A DNA stretch of 64,000 nucleotides from Octopus vulgaris (lineage: Eukaryota), in NCBI GenBank assembly GCA_951406725.2, contig OX597833.1:58156001-58220000 (forward strand), given 5' to 3'. The position numbers and the translations under genes are program-made. The notes under the pieces were generated by a model, which saw only the letters and a list, made by a program, of their open reading frames with translations, had not been told where the DNA came from and did no database searches. Shown here one piece after another: positions 13,151-27,237 of this stretch. Numbering within the stretch: the first letter of the stretch is position 1; the number at the start of each line of letters is the position of its first letter.

Positions 13151-13317
13151 AAGTATGCCAGAGGTATTAAGTAAAATTGACTTAAAAACAGGACTGTTTT
13201 ATTACTCTCATCACCTTAAATTGGTCTTAATGACACTAGTTTTGATTCTCAGATATCCACTTATTGCTAATTACGGCCAATTAATATACTTAGGTGGATC
13301 TGGTAGTAGTTATATTG

Positions 13318-13535
13318 GTTGGCATCCTTTCTGTCTCGGGAGACAATGGAGTTGCGCATAAAGTAGTCTAGTCCAGCTTTTATATTTCATGTCCTGATAC
13401 ATTTCCTGCTGTGGCTGTGTAGTCCTATCCTAGACAAACACTCCCTCTGGCAGGTACCGCAAATGTAGCGAAGACTGTTCCTGGCTAGTTGTAGTGCCAT
13501 AGTCTCTTGTTTACGTCTCTTCCTTTCTTTCCATT

Positions 13536-13570
<35 letters not shown>

Positions 13571-13680
13571 ACTCCTTTGTATTCCCTCTTTTACGGTACG
13601 TCGCCATTCTCCACGGTTGCCGGCAACTGCCTCACAACCGCTAATATTGATGTTGCAGGCCTTCATGTCCCTTTTGGTAG
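13318..13680 (-). mobile_element. RTE/BovB-like LINE 3' end
   Basis: YICGTCQRECLSRIGLHSHSRKC zinc-finger-like tail, then TCCATTGTCTCCCGAGACAGAAAGGATGCC. Confidence 0.75.
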
Positions 13681-15329
13681 TAGTTAAGTCTTAGTATAAC
13701 TGAAGTACATTACAGAAAATTAATCTGTAAAGTAACTCACCCACCCAAAGCTATTAAAGGGACTTAATCAAGGAAGCATATTATTAGAGCTGAAAAGGGA
13801 GGGGAAACTGGCAGAATCGTCAGAGCGTCTGTTCAGTTTCAACTTTGCCTATCGTCCCCCCAGGATTAAAGTACCAGTGAAGTATAGGGTCCTTCCCTCT
13901 CCTCAAATTTACTGGTCTTATTTCCAAATCAGAAACCACTACTACCGTCATTATTATGAAGGTGGGGAGATGGCAGAATCATTAGCGTGTTGGACGCAGT
14001 GCTTAGTAGTATTCCGCCTGTCACTACATTACGAGTTCAAATTCCTCCGAAGTCGACTTTCATCGCCTTTCATCCTTTCGGGGTCGATAAGTACCAGTTG
14101 AACACTAGGGTCGATGTAATCGACTCATCCCCCCTCCTCCAAATTTGCTGCCCTTGGGGCAAAAATTTGAAACCATTATTACGAAGTCTGCGAGGTGGCA
14201 GAACCATGAGCGCACCGGACAAAATGCTTATTTCTTACGAGTTCAAATGCTGCCGGGATCGACTCTTTGGTGTACCTTATTTTTAGGATTGATAAAAGTA
14301 GCAGTTGATCGCTGAGGTCCATGTAATCAACTTCCGGCCCATCTTCACATGTGTACACCTAGATTTTGTTTCCTTTCTCGCTTTCAGAAAGCGAGCAGTT
14401 TTCCTGAAAATTGCTACAAGTACTTTTCGGATAGTGTAGAATCTGATTAAATCAGAATTTAGGGGTGGAAAAAAAGTGGCTCGACTCGTACACTTTCGTT
14501 CTAAAACACCTCACATTTTTACAAGATTTCGAGTTTCGTTTTGTAGACAGTGTACGTGTGCGTGCACCAACTTTTTTTTAAACATTCCAAATCAATTGTA
14601 ATTTTCGCACCATATGTAAGGTATTTGCAGAAATTTTTAGGAAAATATTTTTTATGAAAGACATGAAGAAACAGTCTACCCATATTAATTTATCCAAAAC
14701 CTCTCTTCCCAGTAGAAAAAACTTTAAATTTCAATATAATAGCTATCTACAAACTGAGAAGTATCTGTAGACAATTCTAGTAAAGAAAAAACAAAAATCC
14801 GTTTTCCAGAAAATTAAGGAAGCCGTCGTGTAAGTGGGTAGGTTTTCCCTACTTCCTCCTCCACTCAAAATTGCTCTTGATTGCAGATTCAAGGTATTAT
14901 TACGCAGTAGATTCTGGATAAAATATTTTACGGTTTCAGTTCAAATACTTCCATGGCCAACTTTTCCCTCTACTGGTTAGCTGGGGAAGGGGTGCATTCA
15001 TTGAGGTTAATAATCGTCTGCTCCTCTTCCAACGAATTTCTGTTGAACATATGTTAAATTATTAGGACGTCGGGCAAAATACTTTTGCGGTATCTCTCGG
15101 CTCTGCTTTATGCTCAGATTCTGTTGCGGTCAGCTTTGTAAAATCTAGTATTAAGGTCTGTTTAATCAATTATTACCCTCACCTTTGTACTAGTTTGAAA
15201 GTATGACAGCAGAATCAGACGGCATCTTGGTAGAACCGTTATTACGCCTCCATAAAATGCTTAATGGCATTTCTTTGGTTATTTCGGTTCTGGCTTGAAA
15301 TTCCGCTGAATCCGGCTTTGCTTTCCATC

Positions 15330-15530
15330 CTTCCATCTCTACTGGTAACATTGTTTTGTCCTTTCCTACTTGTTCTTCCTGGGGGTCTTCCTCTTGTGGT
15401 TGTTCTCTTTTTGGTCTGTGGATGGCAGTCCACTCTAATGTTGCCTTTCAGACCACATTTAAAGCAACGAGGGATTCTGCCCTCCACCCTGACCCTCGCT
15501 ATGTCGTCCATCGTTATAGTTTGTTATATT
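15330..15530 (-). pseudogene. LINE ORF1 zinc-knuckle fragment
   Basis: RVRVEGRIPRCFKCGLKGNIRVDC. Near-identical to 19630-19828. Confidence 0.65.
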
Positions 15531-16907
15531 ATTGAGGCCAATGTTATCAAATAACCTCGACTCTCCAAATTATTGGCCTTCTGCCTGTTGTAGAAATTAC
15601 TTATGATGATAAATTGACAGAATCGTGAGAACGTCAGACAAAAGGACTTGCGGCACTTGTTCTCACACTCCACATACAGGTTTCAAATTCCGTCTCTTGC
15701 AAAACTTCAACCCCGCTTAAAAAGCAGTTCACCTTTTGATGTCTCTTTTACGTTCAGATAAGAATATAAAAAAATTTGTTTTCGAAGACGGTTAGCAATC
15801 ATTTGAGAATCTTGGTACTCTATCTATCCGAGTTCGCTTTTCATGACAAGGAAGTTTTTCTTTTCTGTACTTCATTTCCTTCAGAGAGTCCACTACATTG
15901 ATTACAGATTTGAGGTATTGCAAACCCTTTCTAACTGTCAGCAAACTCGTTTTCGAGGAATTATTGTTGGACCAGCAGATCGAAAAACTTTTTAGGCTCT
16001 TTCAAGTCTACTGGATCGATATCAGAAGTTAGATGGATTCCTTTAAGTGAGAAATCATTTTTTTTAAATCTTATTTTGCTTAGTTTTTAAAACCAGGCTT
16101 TATTTCGTACGAACAAACTTGAGGGTGATATGCGTCAAGAAATTTGGAGAAATTCTTCGAGGCTGACGACCAGTCCAGGTTCGATATATGCATGATAGAG
16201 AAAAAGTCAGTCATCCCTCTACTGAGTGTTCTGAGTTCTTGCTCGATGGTCACGTTGTCCTCATGAGATGCATGAGCATAGAATTCGATGACACAGCCCT
16301 GTGAGAAATCGGAGTTAACTTAGCGGTACATCAACTGAGCCTTTCTAACAAGAACCTTTTGCGGATATACCATTGGAAAGGCTTAGTTGATGTACCACTA
16401 ACAAGAACCTTTTGCAGACATGTCCTCATGAAGTAGTCTCAGAAGTTTGAATTTCTGCCGGGAATCAATAGTTCGCTAGAGAAAACTACACTGACTACTA
16501 TCAAATGCCTTCGTCGTTTCTATGAAGCTTAGATACGGCGGTCGATGAGGTTTCCAACACTTTTGCTGTTGTTGAAAATATCAGACGTTCCACACGATGT
16601 TTTAAATTTTAAATCATCGATTTTGCGACTGGAATATGTTGGTCTCTGTGAAATGTAAATCGATTGTTAAAAATTCGAACTTGAACTTGTCCTGCCCCCC
16701 ACCATAAATAAGCCTGCTTTGTCTTTTTCTTGTTGACGGTAACAATCGGAGAAGTTTTCTTCTTGGGTCTCGATCATGACAAGTCGATGAAATCCTTCTG
16801 GGAGAAGAATACGCCTCTCGTTTATAGACATCAATTGGAATGCTGTTTATTTCGGTGGGTTTATTACTATTTAAACTTACAATCGCAAAGAAAACTATCA
16901 TTTTTAT

Positions 16908-17298
16908 AGTAGCTTGCTAACCAACCACATGATTCCGGGTTCAGTCCCACTGTGTGGCATCTTGGGCAAGTGTCTTCTGCTATAGCCCCGGGCCGACCAA
17001 TGCCTTGTGAGTGGATCTGGTAGACGGAAACTGAAAGAAGCCTGTCGTATATATGTATATATATATGTGTGTGTGTGTGTGTATATGTTTGTGTGTCTGT
17101 GTTTGTCCCCCTAGCATTGCTTGCCAACCGATGCTGGTGTGTTTACGTCCCCGTCACTTAGCGGTTCGGCAAAAGAGACCGATAGAATAAGTACTGGGCT
17201 TACGAAAGAATAAGTCCCGGGGTCGATTTGCTCGACTAAAGGCGGTGCTCCAGCATGGCCGCAGTCAAATGACTGAAACAAGTAAAAGAGTAAAGAGT
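16908..17298 (+). mobile_element. SINE family B, 5'-truncated
   Basis: Matches 6999-7430. Confidence 0.9.
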
Positions 17299-18126
17299 AT
17301 AGTCGTGTGATAGAGACGTTCATTCTGCAACTTGTTTCGGCTTCTGTCGTCCCACTGCAGCGTGGCAATATGAAAAATATCAGGTTAACTAAAAGCTTCA
17401 TAGTTCAACGTGGTAGATGTCGTTGCGTGTGTAATTGATCGCGACAGACTGTGATCCTGTTCAACACCAATGCCTGCGCCCCCGCGGTTTCTTTTCAGTA
17501 GAGTTTGCCAAGTAACGAGCATTCAAAATTCTTCTGCTTCCTGAGATAAGGTCTTCCAATAGGTTTCAAAGGGCGTAGAAAGGGACCGCAATCTCCCTAT
17601 TACTTATTTGGTTTAGGAACTGTAATTTCAAACATTTTAACAGCTGAACGATTTTTTATGTGTGTGAGAAAAGTACTATTAATATTTAAGCATTTATTAC
17701 CCATAAGGATATTCTTATTAATGTTAGCTATATTATTACGGTTTTTGTTCCTGTTACGTTCTGGGTTCAAATCTCACTGAGATCAACTTTATTTTATCGA
17801 CTCCAAAAGAATGAAAAGCAAAGTACCAGTTCATCACTGGGGTCCATGTCGGCGTCTTTCTCCTCTACTTAAAACTGATGCCTTTGAGCCGAGATTTAAA
17901 AGAATTATTTTTACGGCATATCTGTTAGATCGTCTTGGAGTATTTACATCGATCCATTGCATTTCTTTGTTCAAATCCTGAAGTTAGTTTGTCTTTCATC
18001 CTTCCGGTGTTGATAAAATCCGGTATAAGGTTCGATTTAGTCAACTACTTCCCTTACATTTCAGGTTTTCAGGTGAGCTGGTAGTCGTTACTGCGCCGGA
18101 AAAAATGCTTTGCGGTATTTGTTTCC

Positions 18127-18354
18127 GGCGAGCTGGTAGAAACGTTAGTATGCCGGGTGAAATGCTTAGTGGTATTTCGTCTGCCGCTACGTTCTGAGTT
18201 CAAATTCCGCCGAGGTCGACTTTGCCTTTCATCCTTTTGGGGTCGATAAATTAAGTACCAGTTACGTACTAGGGTCAATCTAATCGACTTAATCCGTTTG
18301 TCTGTCCTTGTTTGTCCTCTCTGTGTTTAGCCCCTTGTGGGTCGTAAAGAAATA
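18127..18354 (+). mobile_element. SINE family A inserted in an older SINE, 13-bp TSD
   Basis: GGTATTTGTTTCC at 18114-18126 and 18355-18367. Confidence 0.9.
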
Positions 18355-18779
18355 GGTATTTGTTTCCAGTTCTTTCCGTTCTGGTATCAAATTCTGCTGA
18401 ATTCAAGTTTGCAATTCATCATTCTACTGTCGAGAAAATAAAGTATCAATCAGTTTTAGGGGCCAGTGTTATGAAATAACCATAGCTTCTCGAATTGCTG
18501 ACCATATGCCTGTTGTAGAAATCATGTTATGTATTAGCAGAATGGTGAGAGTGTCTGAAAAAAAAGGACTTGTACTTGTTTCTCCTCATGTTCAGGTTTC
18601 AAATCGCGTTGACATCAGCTCTGTTTCATTTCTCCGGGGTCGATATAATTGATTATTCCCTCTTTCAAAATTGTTAGCCTTATGCTAACGTTAGAAACCA
18701 TTACGGCAGAATTAAAACGTTGGACAAGCTGCTTTGCAGTAGAGCATTTTCAATACAAATATCACATAGACGACACTTT

Positions 18780-19370
18780 ATTTCATTCTTCTGGAATCTA
18801 AGAAATAACATGAACATCGAAATAAATATCAATGGAAATAGTAGTTGTGGTACCTGTGCCGGTGGCACATAAAAAGCACCATCCGAACGTGGCCGATGCC
18901 AAAAGCACCATCCGAACGTGGCCGTTGCCAGCACCGCCTCAACTGGCTTCCGTGCCGGTGACACATAAAAAGCACCATCCGAACGTGGCCAATGCCAGCG
19001 CCGCCTCGACTGGCTTCTGTGCCAGTGACACATAAAAAGCACCATCCAAACGTGGCCGATGCCAAAAGCACCATCCGAACGTGGCCGTTGCCAGCGCCGC
19101 CTCAACTGGCTTCTGTGCCAGTGACACATAAAAAGCACCATCCGAACGTGGCCGTTGCCAGCGCCGCCTCGACTGGCTTCTGTGCCTGTGACACATAAAA
19201 ACCACCATCCGAACGTGGCCGATGCCAAAAGCACCATCCAAATGTGGCCGTTGCCAGCGCTGCCTTGACTGGCTTCTGTGCCGGTGACACATAAAAAGCA
19301 CCATCCGAACGTGGCCGATGCCAGCTCCGCCTTGGCTGGCTTCCGTGCCGGTGGCACGTTAAAAGCACCA
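18780..19370 (+). repeat. GC-rich minisatellite from the family E SINE
   Basis: Repeated AAAAGCACCATCCGAACGTGGCCG units; reverse complement of the units at 6520-6810. Confidence 0.85.
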
Positions 19371-19579
19371 CTCTTCCTTCCTCCATTTCACTATTTTGTT
19401 AACCAGTTCCTCATCCACATCCCCAAACACGCATGCAAAGCAACTTTCAGTGGGAGGGGAAGTTTGTGGGTTCCTGTGTATCAATGCCTTTTGTGTGTGT
19501 GTGTGTGTGTGTTGAAGGTGGGTGGGAAGGTTTGGTGTCTGTAGGGTGTGGGTGGTTATAGTGTGGGGTTCTGTGTGCA

Positions 19580-19930
19580 TTGCACTTTCTCCTTTTCCTT
19601 GTGGTCTCCTATTCTTTTCCTGTCTTTTCTTCCACCTCTACTGGTAACATTGTTTCGTCCTTTCCGACTTGTTCTTCCTGGGGTCTTTCTCTTGTGGTTG
19701 TTCTCTTTTTGGTCTGTGGATGGCAGTCCACTCTAATGTTGCCTTTCAGACCAGATTTAAAGCAACGAGGGATTCTGCCCTCCACCCTGACCCTCACTAT
19801 GTCGTCCATCGTTATAGTTTGTTATATTCTCTATAGGGTCGACCCCTCAATTATATTCAGGGTCTTACCTTTCCAGTGTACACTTTTCATTTTTGTGGCC
19901 CGGAGAAACCGCAATCTTGTGACCATCATG
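19580..19930 (-). pseudogene. LINE ORF1 fragment
   Basis: RVRVEGRIPRCFKSGLKGNIRVDC, similar to the ORF1 at 32558-33664. Confidence 0.65.
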
Positions 19931-20143
19931 CATATTTAGTAATGCTACGTATTGCATTATCGACTGTACTCTTAAGGCGGTGAGCTGACTGAATTGTTAG
20001 TACACCGGATAAATGCTTAGCGGCGTTTCGTCCGTCTTTACGTTCGGAGTTCAGATCCTCTAGTTGGAATGTAAAATTGGAAGAAATACCGCTAACAATT
20101 TCATCCGGCATGCTGAGCTCAAATAAAGTTGATATCAACCTTA

Positions 20144-20550
20144 GGATCTTTTCGGTTTGAACGGCAGTTTTTTCTAGCGGTGTCATATGAAATTGTCACC
20201 CATAATTATGACCCTAGAATCGATCTATTGCATTTCAATCTGTTTTAGGGGTGGGGGGAAGGGTATCTTTTTTTCTTCACAAATGTAAATAAACCCAATC
20301 TGTTTCTTAAACGAGGGACATATTCATATGGCACAGAATGTTTTTTTTACCTCAATAGACATCAGTGATTGGTTGAAATTGCAGAAATTGAAGAAAAAAA
20401 AAACAACAAATATCTTACAAACCATAGAATTTTCGTAATAAAGCCAAGAGAAAAAGATGTTTTATAAACGCATTCTACCAGTATACGAAGTTTGAGTGTT
20501 TAGTTACCTAGAAATTATGTTAAAAACTGCCGTTCAAACCGAAAGGATCC
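20144..20550. mobile_element. MITE with GGATCTTTTC TIRs and 8-bp TSD (Merlin-like)
   Basis: GGATCTTTTCGGTTTGAACGGCAGTTTT / AAAACTGCCGTTCAAACCGAAAGGATCC. TSD CAACCTTA / CAGCCTTA. Confidence 0.85.
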
Positions 20551-20787
20551 CAGCCTTATTAATCTCAAAAGGATGAAAGGTAAACTATTGGTGAGGTATT
20601 GGATAGATGTAATCAACAAACCGTCTTTCTCAAAAATTACTGGCCTCCTGTTGAAATTTGAAACGATTAAGATAGCTATTTCCAAGAGGCCGAGTCGCCT
20701 CATAGATGTTGATTAACGTAAATGAAAAATAAAATTGCTTTTTAAAATTTTATTATTTACAGTATATTTTTTTAATGTAGTTTTATA

Positions 20788-21188
20788 TCTTTATATATAA
20801 AAGTGAAGTTGTGTGAGTGTCTGTCTCCTACGATTTATATTCCTAACTACTCCCACATTTTGCGGTGCAGTTTAACCAAAACCGGGTATCTTATAGTCGT
20901 GATTCATATCGAGCCCTTCTGGGTATTAGCGCGCGTCTACGATGAGTAGTCTACGATTTTAAAAATAATTTACCATAATTTTTTTCCATTTTAATGCATT
21001 TTTTCGCTATTGTATAAGGGAAGTAACTCTCTAAAAATGTCTACGATGAGTCAACGATTTAAAAAAAATTTACCATTTTTTTTTCCATTTTTTATGCATT
21101 TTTTTGCTATTTCTTGGCTATAACTCTCTAAAAATGCTTTATAGTTATTTCCCTTACAAACCCGAGCAACGCCGGGCGATACTGCTAG
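20788..21188 (+). mobile_element. Non-autonomous Helitron
   Basis: A|TC start, 3' hairpin CCCGAGCAACGCCGGG and CTAG|T end. A second copy lies at 43156-43462. Confidence 0.85.
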
Positions 21189-21550
21189 TTTTACATAAAT
21201 ATCTGAACAATGCAAACTGCTGAAAACGTCTGATAAAACGACGTAACTTTGCGTTTCAATTTTCCAGGCCTAATTTTGTATGATACTTAAGCAATCACAG
21301 TATAACAATAGTTACTTCCCTTGTCATAGCAGATAACTTCAAATTTGTGATGTTTGCGACTTTAGTCCATTGTATCTTTTTTTGTTTTTCTTCCTTTTTA
21401 TTTTTCTAATAAAATTTGTCTGTCCTGAAGTCATTGCCGACACCTACAAAATATCAGTGGTGCCAATGGCTTCAGTTCATTTTGTATTCTGTGTATTTTT
21501 AAAAATAAAATATTTGTCCTTCACAGTATCGTATTAGTATTTAATTTCGT

Positions 21551-21964
21551 GGATCTTTTCGGTTTGAACGGCAGTTTTTTCTAGCGGTGTCATATGAGAT
21601 TGTCACCCATAATTATGACCCTAGCATCGATCTATTGCATTTCAATCCGTTTTAGGGTTGGCTAGAGGTGGGGGAAGGGTATCTTTTTTCGTCACAAATG
21701 TAAATAAACCCAAACTGTTTCTTAACCGAGGGACATATTCATACAGCACAGAATGTTTTCACCTCAATAGACGTCAGTGATTGGTTAAAATTTCAAATTT
21801 TTTTTTTTTTTTGTTCAAATATCTTACAAACTGTAGAATTTTCTCAATAAAGCCAAGAGAAAAAAGATGTTTTATAAACACATTCTACCAGTATTCGAAA
21901 TTTAAGAGTGTTTAGTTACATGGAAATTATTTTTTAAAAACTGCCGTTCAAACCAAAAAGATCC
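21551..21964. mobile_element. MITE, same family as 20144-20550
   Basis: Same TIRs; perfect 8-bp TSD AATTTCGT. Confidence 0.9.
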
Positions 21965-22094
21965 AATTTCGTTCATTTTCGCGACCATATCTTGACTGTG
22001 TTAATTAAAATATTTGTCCTATTTTTTTAACACACAAATGCACTGGGATCGATTAGGTTCATACTTGCAAAATAAAAATTAATTAATACTATAG

Positions 22095-22460
22095 GGTGGT
22101 GAGCTGGCAGACACGTTAGAAGGTCAGGCAAAATTTCGTCCGTCTTTACATTCAGAGTTCAAATTCCGCTGAGGTCGACTTTGCCTTTCATCCTTTCGGG
22201 GTCGATTGAATAAGTACCAGTTACGCACTGGAGTCGATATAATCGACTTAATCCGTTTCTCTGTCCTTGTTTGTCCCCTCTGTGTTTAGCCCCTTGTGGG
22301 TAGTAAAGAAATAGGTATTTCGCCTCTCTTTACATTCTGAGTTCAAATTCTGCTGAGGTCGACTTTGCCTTCCGGAGTCGATAAATTAAGTACCAGTTAC
22401 ATACTGGGTCCAATCTAATCGACTGGCTCCCTCCCCCGAATTTTGGGCCTTGTACCTAGA
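22095..22460 (+). mobile_element. SINE family A followed by a partial, older related copy
   Basis: The tail AAAGAAATA is joined to GGTATTTCG...GAGTTCAAATTC. Confidence 0.8.
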
Positions 22461-22489
22461 ATAGAAAAGATTTACCATCCATATTTATA

Positions 22490-22813
22490 GGAGCACTCCG
22501 TCGGTTGCGACGATGAGGGTCCCAGCTGATACGATCAACGGAACAGCTTGCTCGTGAAATTAACGTACAAGTGGCTGAGCACTCCACAGACACGTGTATC
22601 CCTAATGTAGTTCTCAGGGGAGATTCAGCGTGACACAGTGTGTGACAAGGCTGACCCTTTGAAATACAGGTACTACTCATTTTTGCCAGCTGAGTGGACT
22701 GGAGCATCGTGAAATAAAGTGTCTTGCTCAAGGACACAACGCGTCGCTGGTAATTGAACTCACGACCTTACAATCGTGAGCTGAATGCCCTAACCACTAA
22801 GCCACGCGCCTTC
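22490..22813 (-). mobile_element. tRNA-derived SINE family D (GAAGGCGCGTGGCTTAGTGGTTAGGG)
   Basis: tRNA-like head and CORE-like GTGTCCTTGAGCAAGACACTT. Second copy at 59628-59925. Confidence 0.85.
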
Positions 22814-22931
22814 AGATATCCCTATTAATATATAAATTACTACAGTTAGCCGTCATTTTTGACAGCACAGGGCCAGCTAGGGTAACTAATAGTAACTGAC
22901 TAGAAACAGTAACATATCATAGTTTGGGGCT

Positions 22932-23131
22932 TACTCTTTTACTTGTTTCAGTCATTTGACTGCGGCCATGCTGGAGCACCGCCTTTAATCGAGCAACTCG
23001 ACCCCGGGACTTATTCTTTTGTAAGCCCAGTACTTATTCTATTGGTCTCTTTTGCCGAACTGCTATGTGACGGGGACATAAACACACCAGCATCGGTTGT
23101 CAAGCAATGCTAGGGGGACAAACACACACAT

Positions 23132-23166
<35 letters not shown>

Positions 23167-24210
23167 CACGACGGGCTTCTTTCAGTTTCCGTCTACCAAA
23201 TCCACTCACAAGGCTTTGGTCGGCCCGAGACTATAGTAGAAGACACTTGCCCAAGGTGCCACGCAGTGGAACTGAATCTGGAACCATGTGGTTGGTAAGC
23301 AAGCTACTTACCACACGGCCACTCCTACGTGCATATTTGAATATTTAAAAAAATTAATTCGTTTTTACTGCGGTTTTTCGTTTCTATAAATATTACAAGT
23401 TAATAGACCGGGATTTTCCGTTTGGCTGCTAACACGCAGTGGGACTGAACCCGGAACCATGTGGTTGGTAAACAAGCTACTTACCACACAGCCACTCCTG
23501 CGGCTTGTTGTGTCTTATGTGTTTATTGTTGAAACGTTTGTCAATCTCTGATGGGTTTTGCCGCACTCTGTAAGAAGGTATATAATGTTCAAAGTGCCGT
23601 GAGGTGGGATCGAACCAAAAGCATGTATAGTTGCGAAGCGAACCTTTTAATCATAATGGCAAATAGTGTATGTGTTTGTGTGTGTATAAATTATTTAACC
23701 CAATGTCGCCAGCTCTGATCAGGTGAGGTTAGTTTAATTCGGAGCGGTGACGCCACCCACGCTCACAAGCTGCTGTTAGCAGCCAAACGGAAAATCCCGG
23801 TCTATTAACTTCCTTGTAATATTTATAGAAACGAAAAACCGCAGTAAAAACGAATTAATTTTTTTAAATATTCAAATATGCACATAGGAGTGACCGTGTG
23901 GTAAGTAGCTTGCTTACCAACCACATGGTTCCGGATTCACTCCCACTGCGTGGCACCTTGGGCAAGTATCTTCTCCTATAGCCTCGGGCCGACCAAAGCC
24001 TTGTGAGTGGATTTAGTAGAGAGAAACTGAAAGAAGCCTGTCGTATATATGTGTGTATCTGTCTTTGTCCCCCTAACATCGCTTGACGACTGACGCTGGT
24101 GTGTTTACATCCCCGTAATTTAGCGGTTCGGCAAAAAGAGACCGATAGAATAAGTACTACGCTTACAAAGAATAAGTCCTGGAGTCGATTTCCTTGACTA
24201 AAGGCGGTGC
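22932..24210. repeat. Two family B SINEs in inverted orientation sharing the same roughly 105-bp unique flank
   Basis: 23330-23433 is the reverse complement of 23774-23883. Confidence 0.85.
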
Positions 24211-24562
24211 CATCTTACAAACTATAGAATTTTCTCAATAAAGCCAAGAGAAAAAGATGTTTTAAACTTCGTATACTGGTAGAATGTGTTTATAAAATTT
24301 TTTAGTTACCTAGAAATTATGTTAAAAACTGCCGTTCAAACCGAAAAGATCCAGATCCAAAAATGATACTCAATAAAGAAAACACTTAGTAACGCTCAAA
24401 TGCTTTTGACTTATACCCCGATGTCTACGGGCTAAAGAGTGGCTATTAGATAAATCCGAGTGGACAGATATGGCGATAATCATGCAAGCAAACAGATAAA
24501 ACAGCTTCGAGAGAAAACAACGAATTAGAATATTCAGACGATGAATATTCATGTATCTTTGG

Positions 24563-24941
24563 AAGCACTCCGTCGATTACGACGACGAGGGTTCCGGTTG
24601 ATCCGATCAACGGAACAGCCTGCTCATGAAATTAACGTGTAAGTGGCTGAGCACTCCACAGACACGTGTACCCTTAACGTAGTTCTCAGGGATATTCAGC
24701 GTGACACAGAGAGTGACAAGGCCGACCCTTTGAAATACAGGTACAACAGAAACAGGAAGTAAGAGTGAGAGAAAGTTATGGTGAAAGAGTACAGCAGGGA
24801 TCACCACCATCCCCTGCCGGAGCCTCGTGGAGCTTTAGGTGTTTTCGCTCAATAAACACTCACAACGCCCGGTCTGGGAATCGAAACCGCGATCCTACGA
24901 CCACGAGTCCGCTGCCCTAACCACTGGGCCATTGCGCCTCC
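24563..24941 (-). mobile_element. tRNA-derived SINE family C (GGAGGCGCAATGGCCCAGTGGTTAGGG)
   Basis: tRNA-like head with GGTTTCGATTCC; 3' half shared with family D. Related copies at 27570-27831 and 45235-45533. Confidence 0.85.
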
Positions 24942-25092
24942 ATTCATGTATAAATATATAGATAAATATATAGTACTAAGTGAGATAGGGGTTAGTTAAT
25001 AAATTATATGAATTGGTATTATCTGGAAGTTGATGATTGAAAGAAATCTATTCCTCCATTTTCTTATTTTGTATATATAAATATATATATAT

Positions 25093-25497
25093 AGGTGCAG
25101 GAGTAGCTGTGTGTTAGGTAGCTTGCTTACCAACCACATAGTTCTGGGTTCAGTCCCACTGCGTGGTACCTTGGGCAAGTGTCTTCTACTATAGCCTTGG
25201 GCCGACCAAAGCCTTGTGAGTGGATTTGGTAGATGGAAACTGAAAGAGGCCCGTCGTATATATGTATATATATATATATATATATATGTGCGTGTGTGTG
25301 TATGTCTGTGTTTGTCCCCCCATCATCACTTGACAACCGATGGTGGTGTGTTTACGTCCCCGTAACTTAGCGGTTCGGCAAAAGAGAACGATAGAATAAG
25401 TACTAGGCTTACAAAGAATAAGTCCTGGAGTCGATTTCCTCGACTAAAGGCGGTGCTCCAGCATGGCCGCAGTCAAATGACTGAAACAAGTAAAGAG
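25093..25497 (+). mobile_element. SINE family B
   Basis: Matches 6999-7430. Confidence 0.9.
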
Positions 25498-25931
25498 AGA
25501 GTGAGAGAGATTTATATATTAAGAGAGCAAACCTACACAGAGTATAAAGACACAGAAAATGAAGCGAAAAAGGTATGGTGTTACAGGTTCTACAGCCGTT
25601 TCTGGGGGCTGAAAATTGCTTCATAATATTGGCAGATGTCGTTCGTAAAAATAAGCAAACAGTAGTGGAAGTGTATAACCATTAGGTTGATCCGGCCGCC
25701 GTCTTCAGGAGGTTTGACTAATATCTCGTTTTGATAATATCTCGACTTGGCCAACACCTCAGTTTCGACCACAATTACCGGTTGACCCATTATTTTCTAT
25801 GTAGAATTGTATAGGCAAAAATAGCGTAACCGGGGATAACAAGCGTTTCTTTTCTTGCATGATAGCCTTAATTCGTTGCCCAATTCAACTCCTCTGCACG
25901 GCCCGGGGTCAAACCTCTTGTCTGGCTATAG

Positions 25932-26527
<596 letters not shown>

Positions 26528-26776
26528 GATTCCTCCTCTCCCACCCCACAACAAGCGGATTATAGTCATTGCTATTCTACCTCTAAATAAGCCATTTAAG
26601 GAAGAAAAAAATGAAAGAAAAGAAAACAGAGCAACACATGATTACAGGTTTTGGTAGACGGAAACTGAAAGAAGCCTGTCGTATATATGTATGTGTGTAT
26701 GTATATATGTTTGTGTGTCTTACATGTGATTCGAGAGAAAACAATGAACTAGAATATTCAGACGATGAATATTCAT

Positions 26777-27237
<461 letters not shown>

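Noticed and set aside
15740-16860. Very old Helitron or other coding relic (LFLVDGNNRRSF resembles a degenerate Walker A context)
   Set aside because: The similarity is too weak and fragmented to support without a search.
24860-24941. tRNA gene
   Set aside because: The tRNA-like head continues into a SINE body that is repeated elsewhere in the window.
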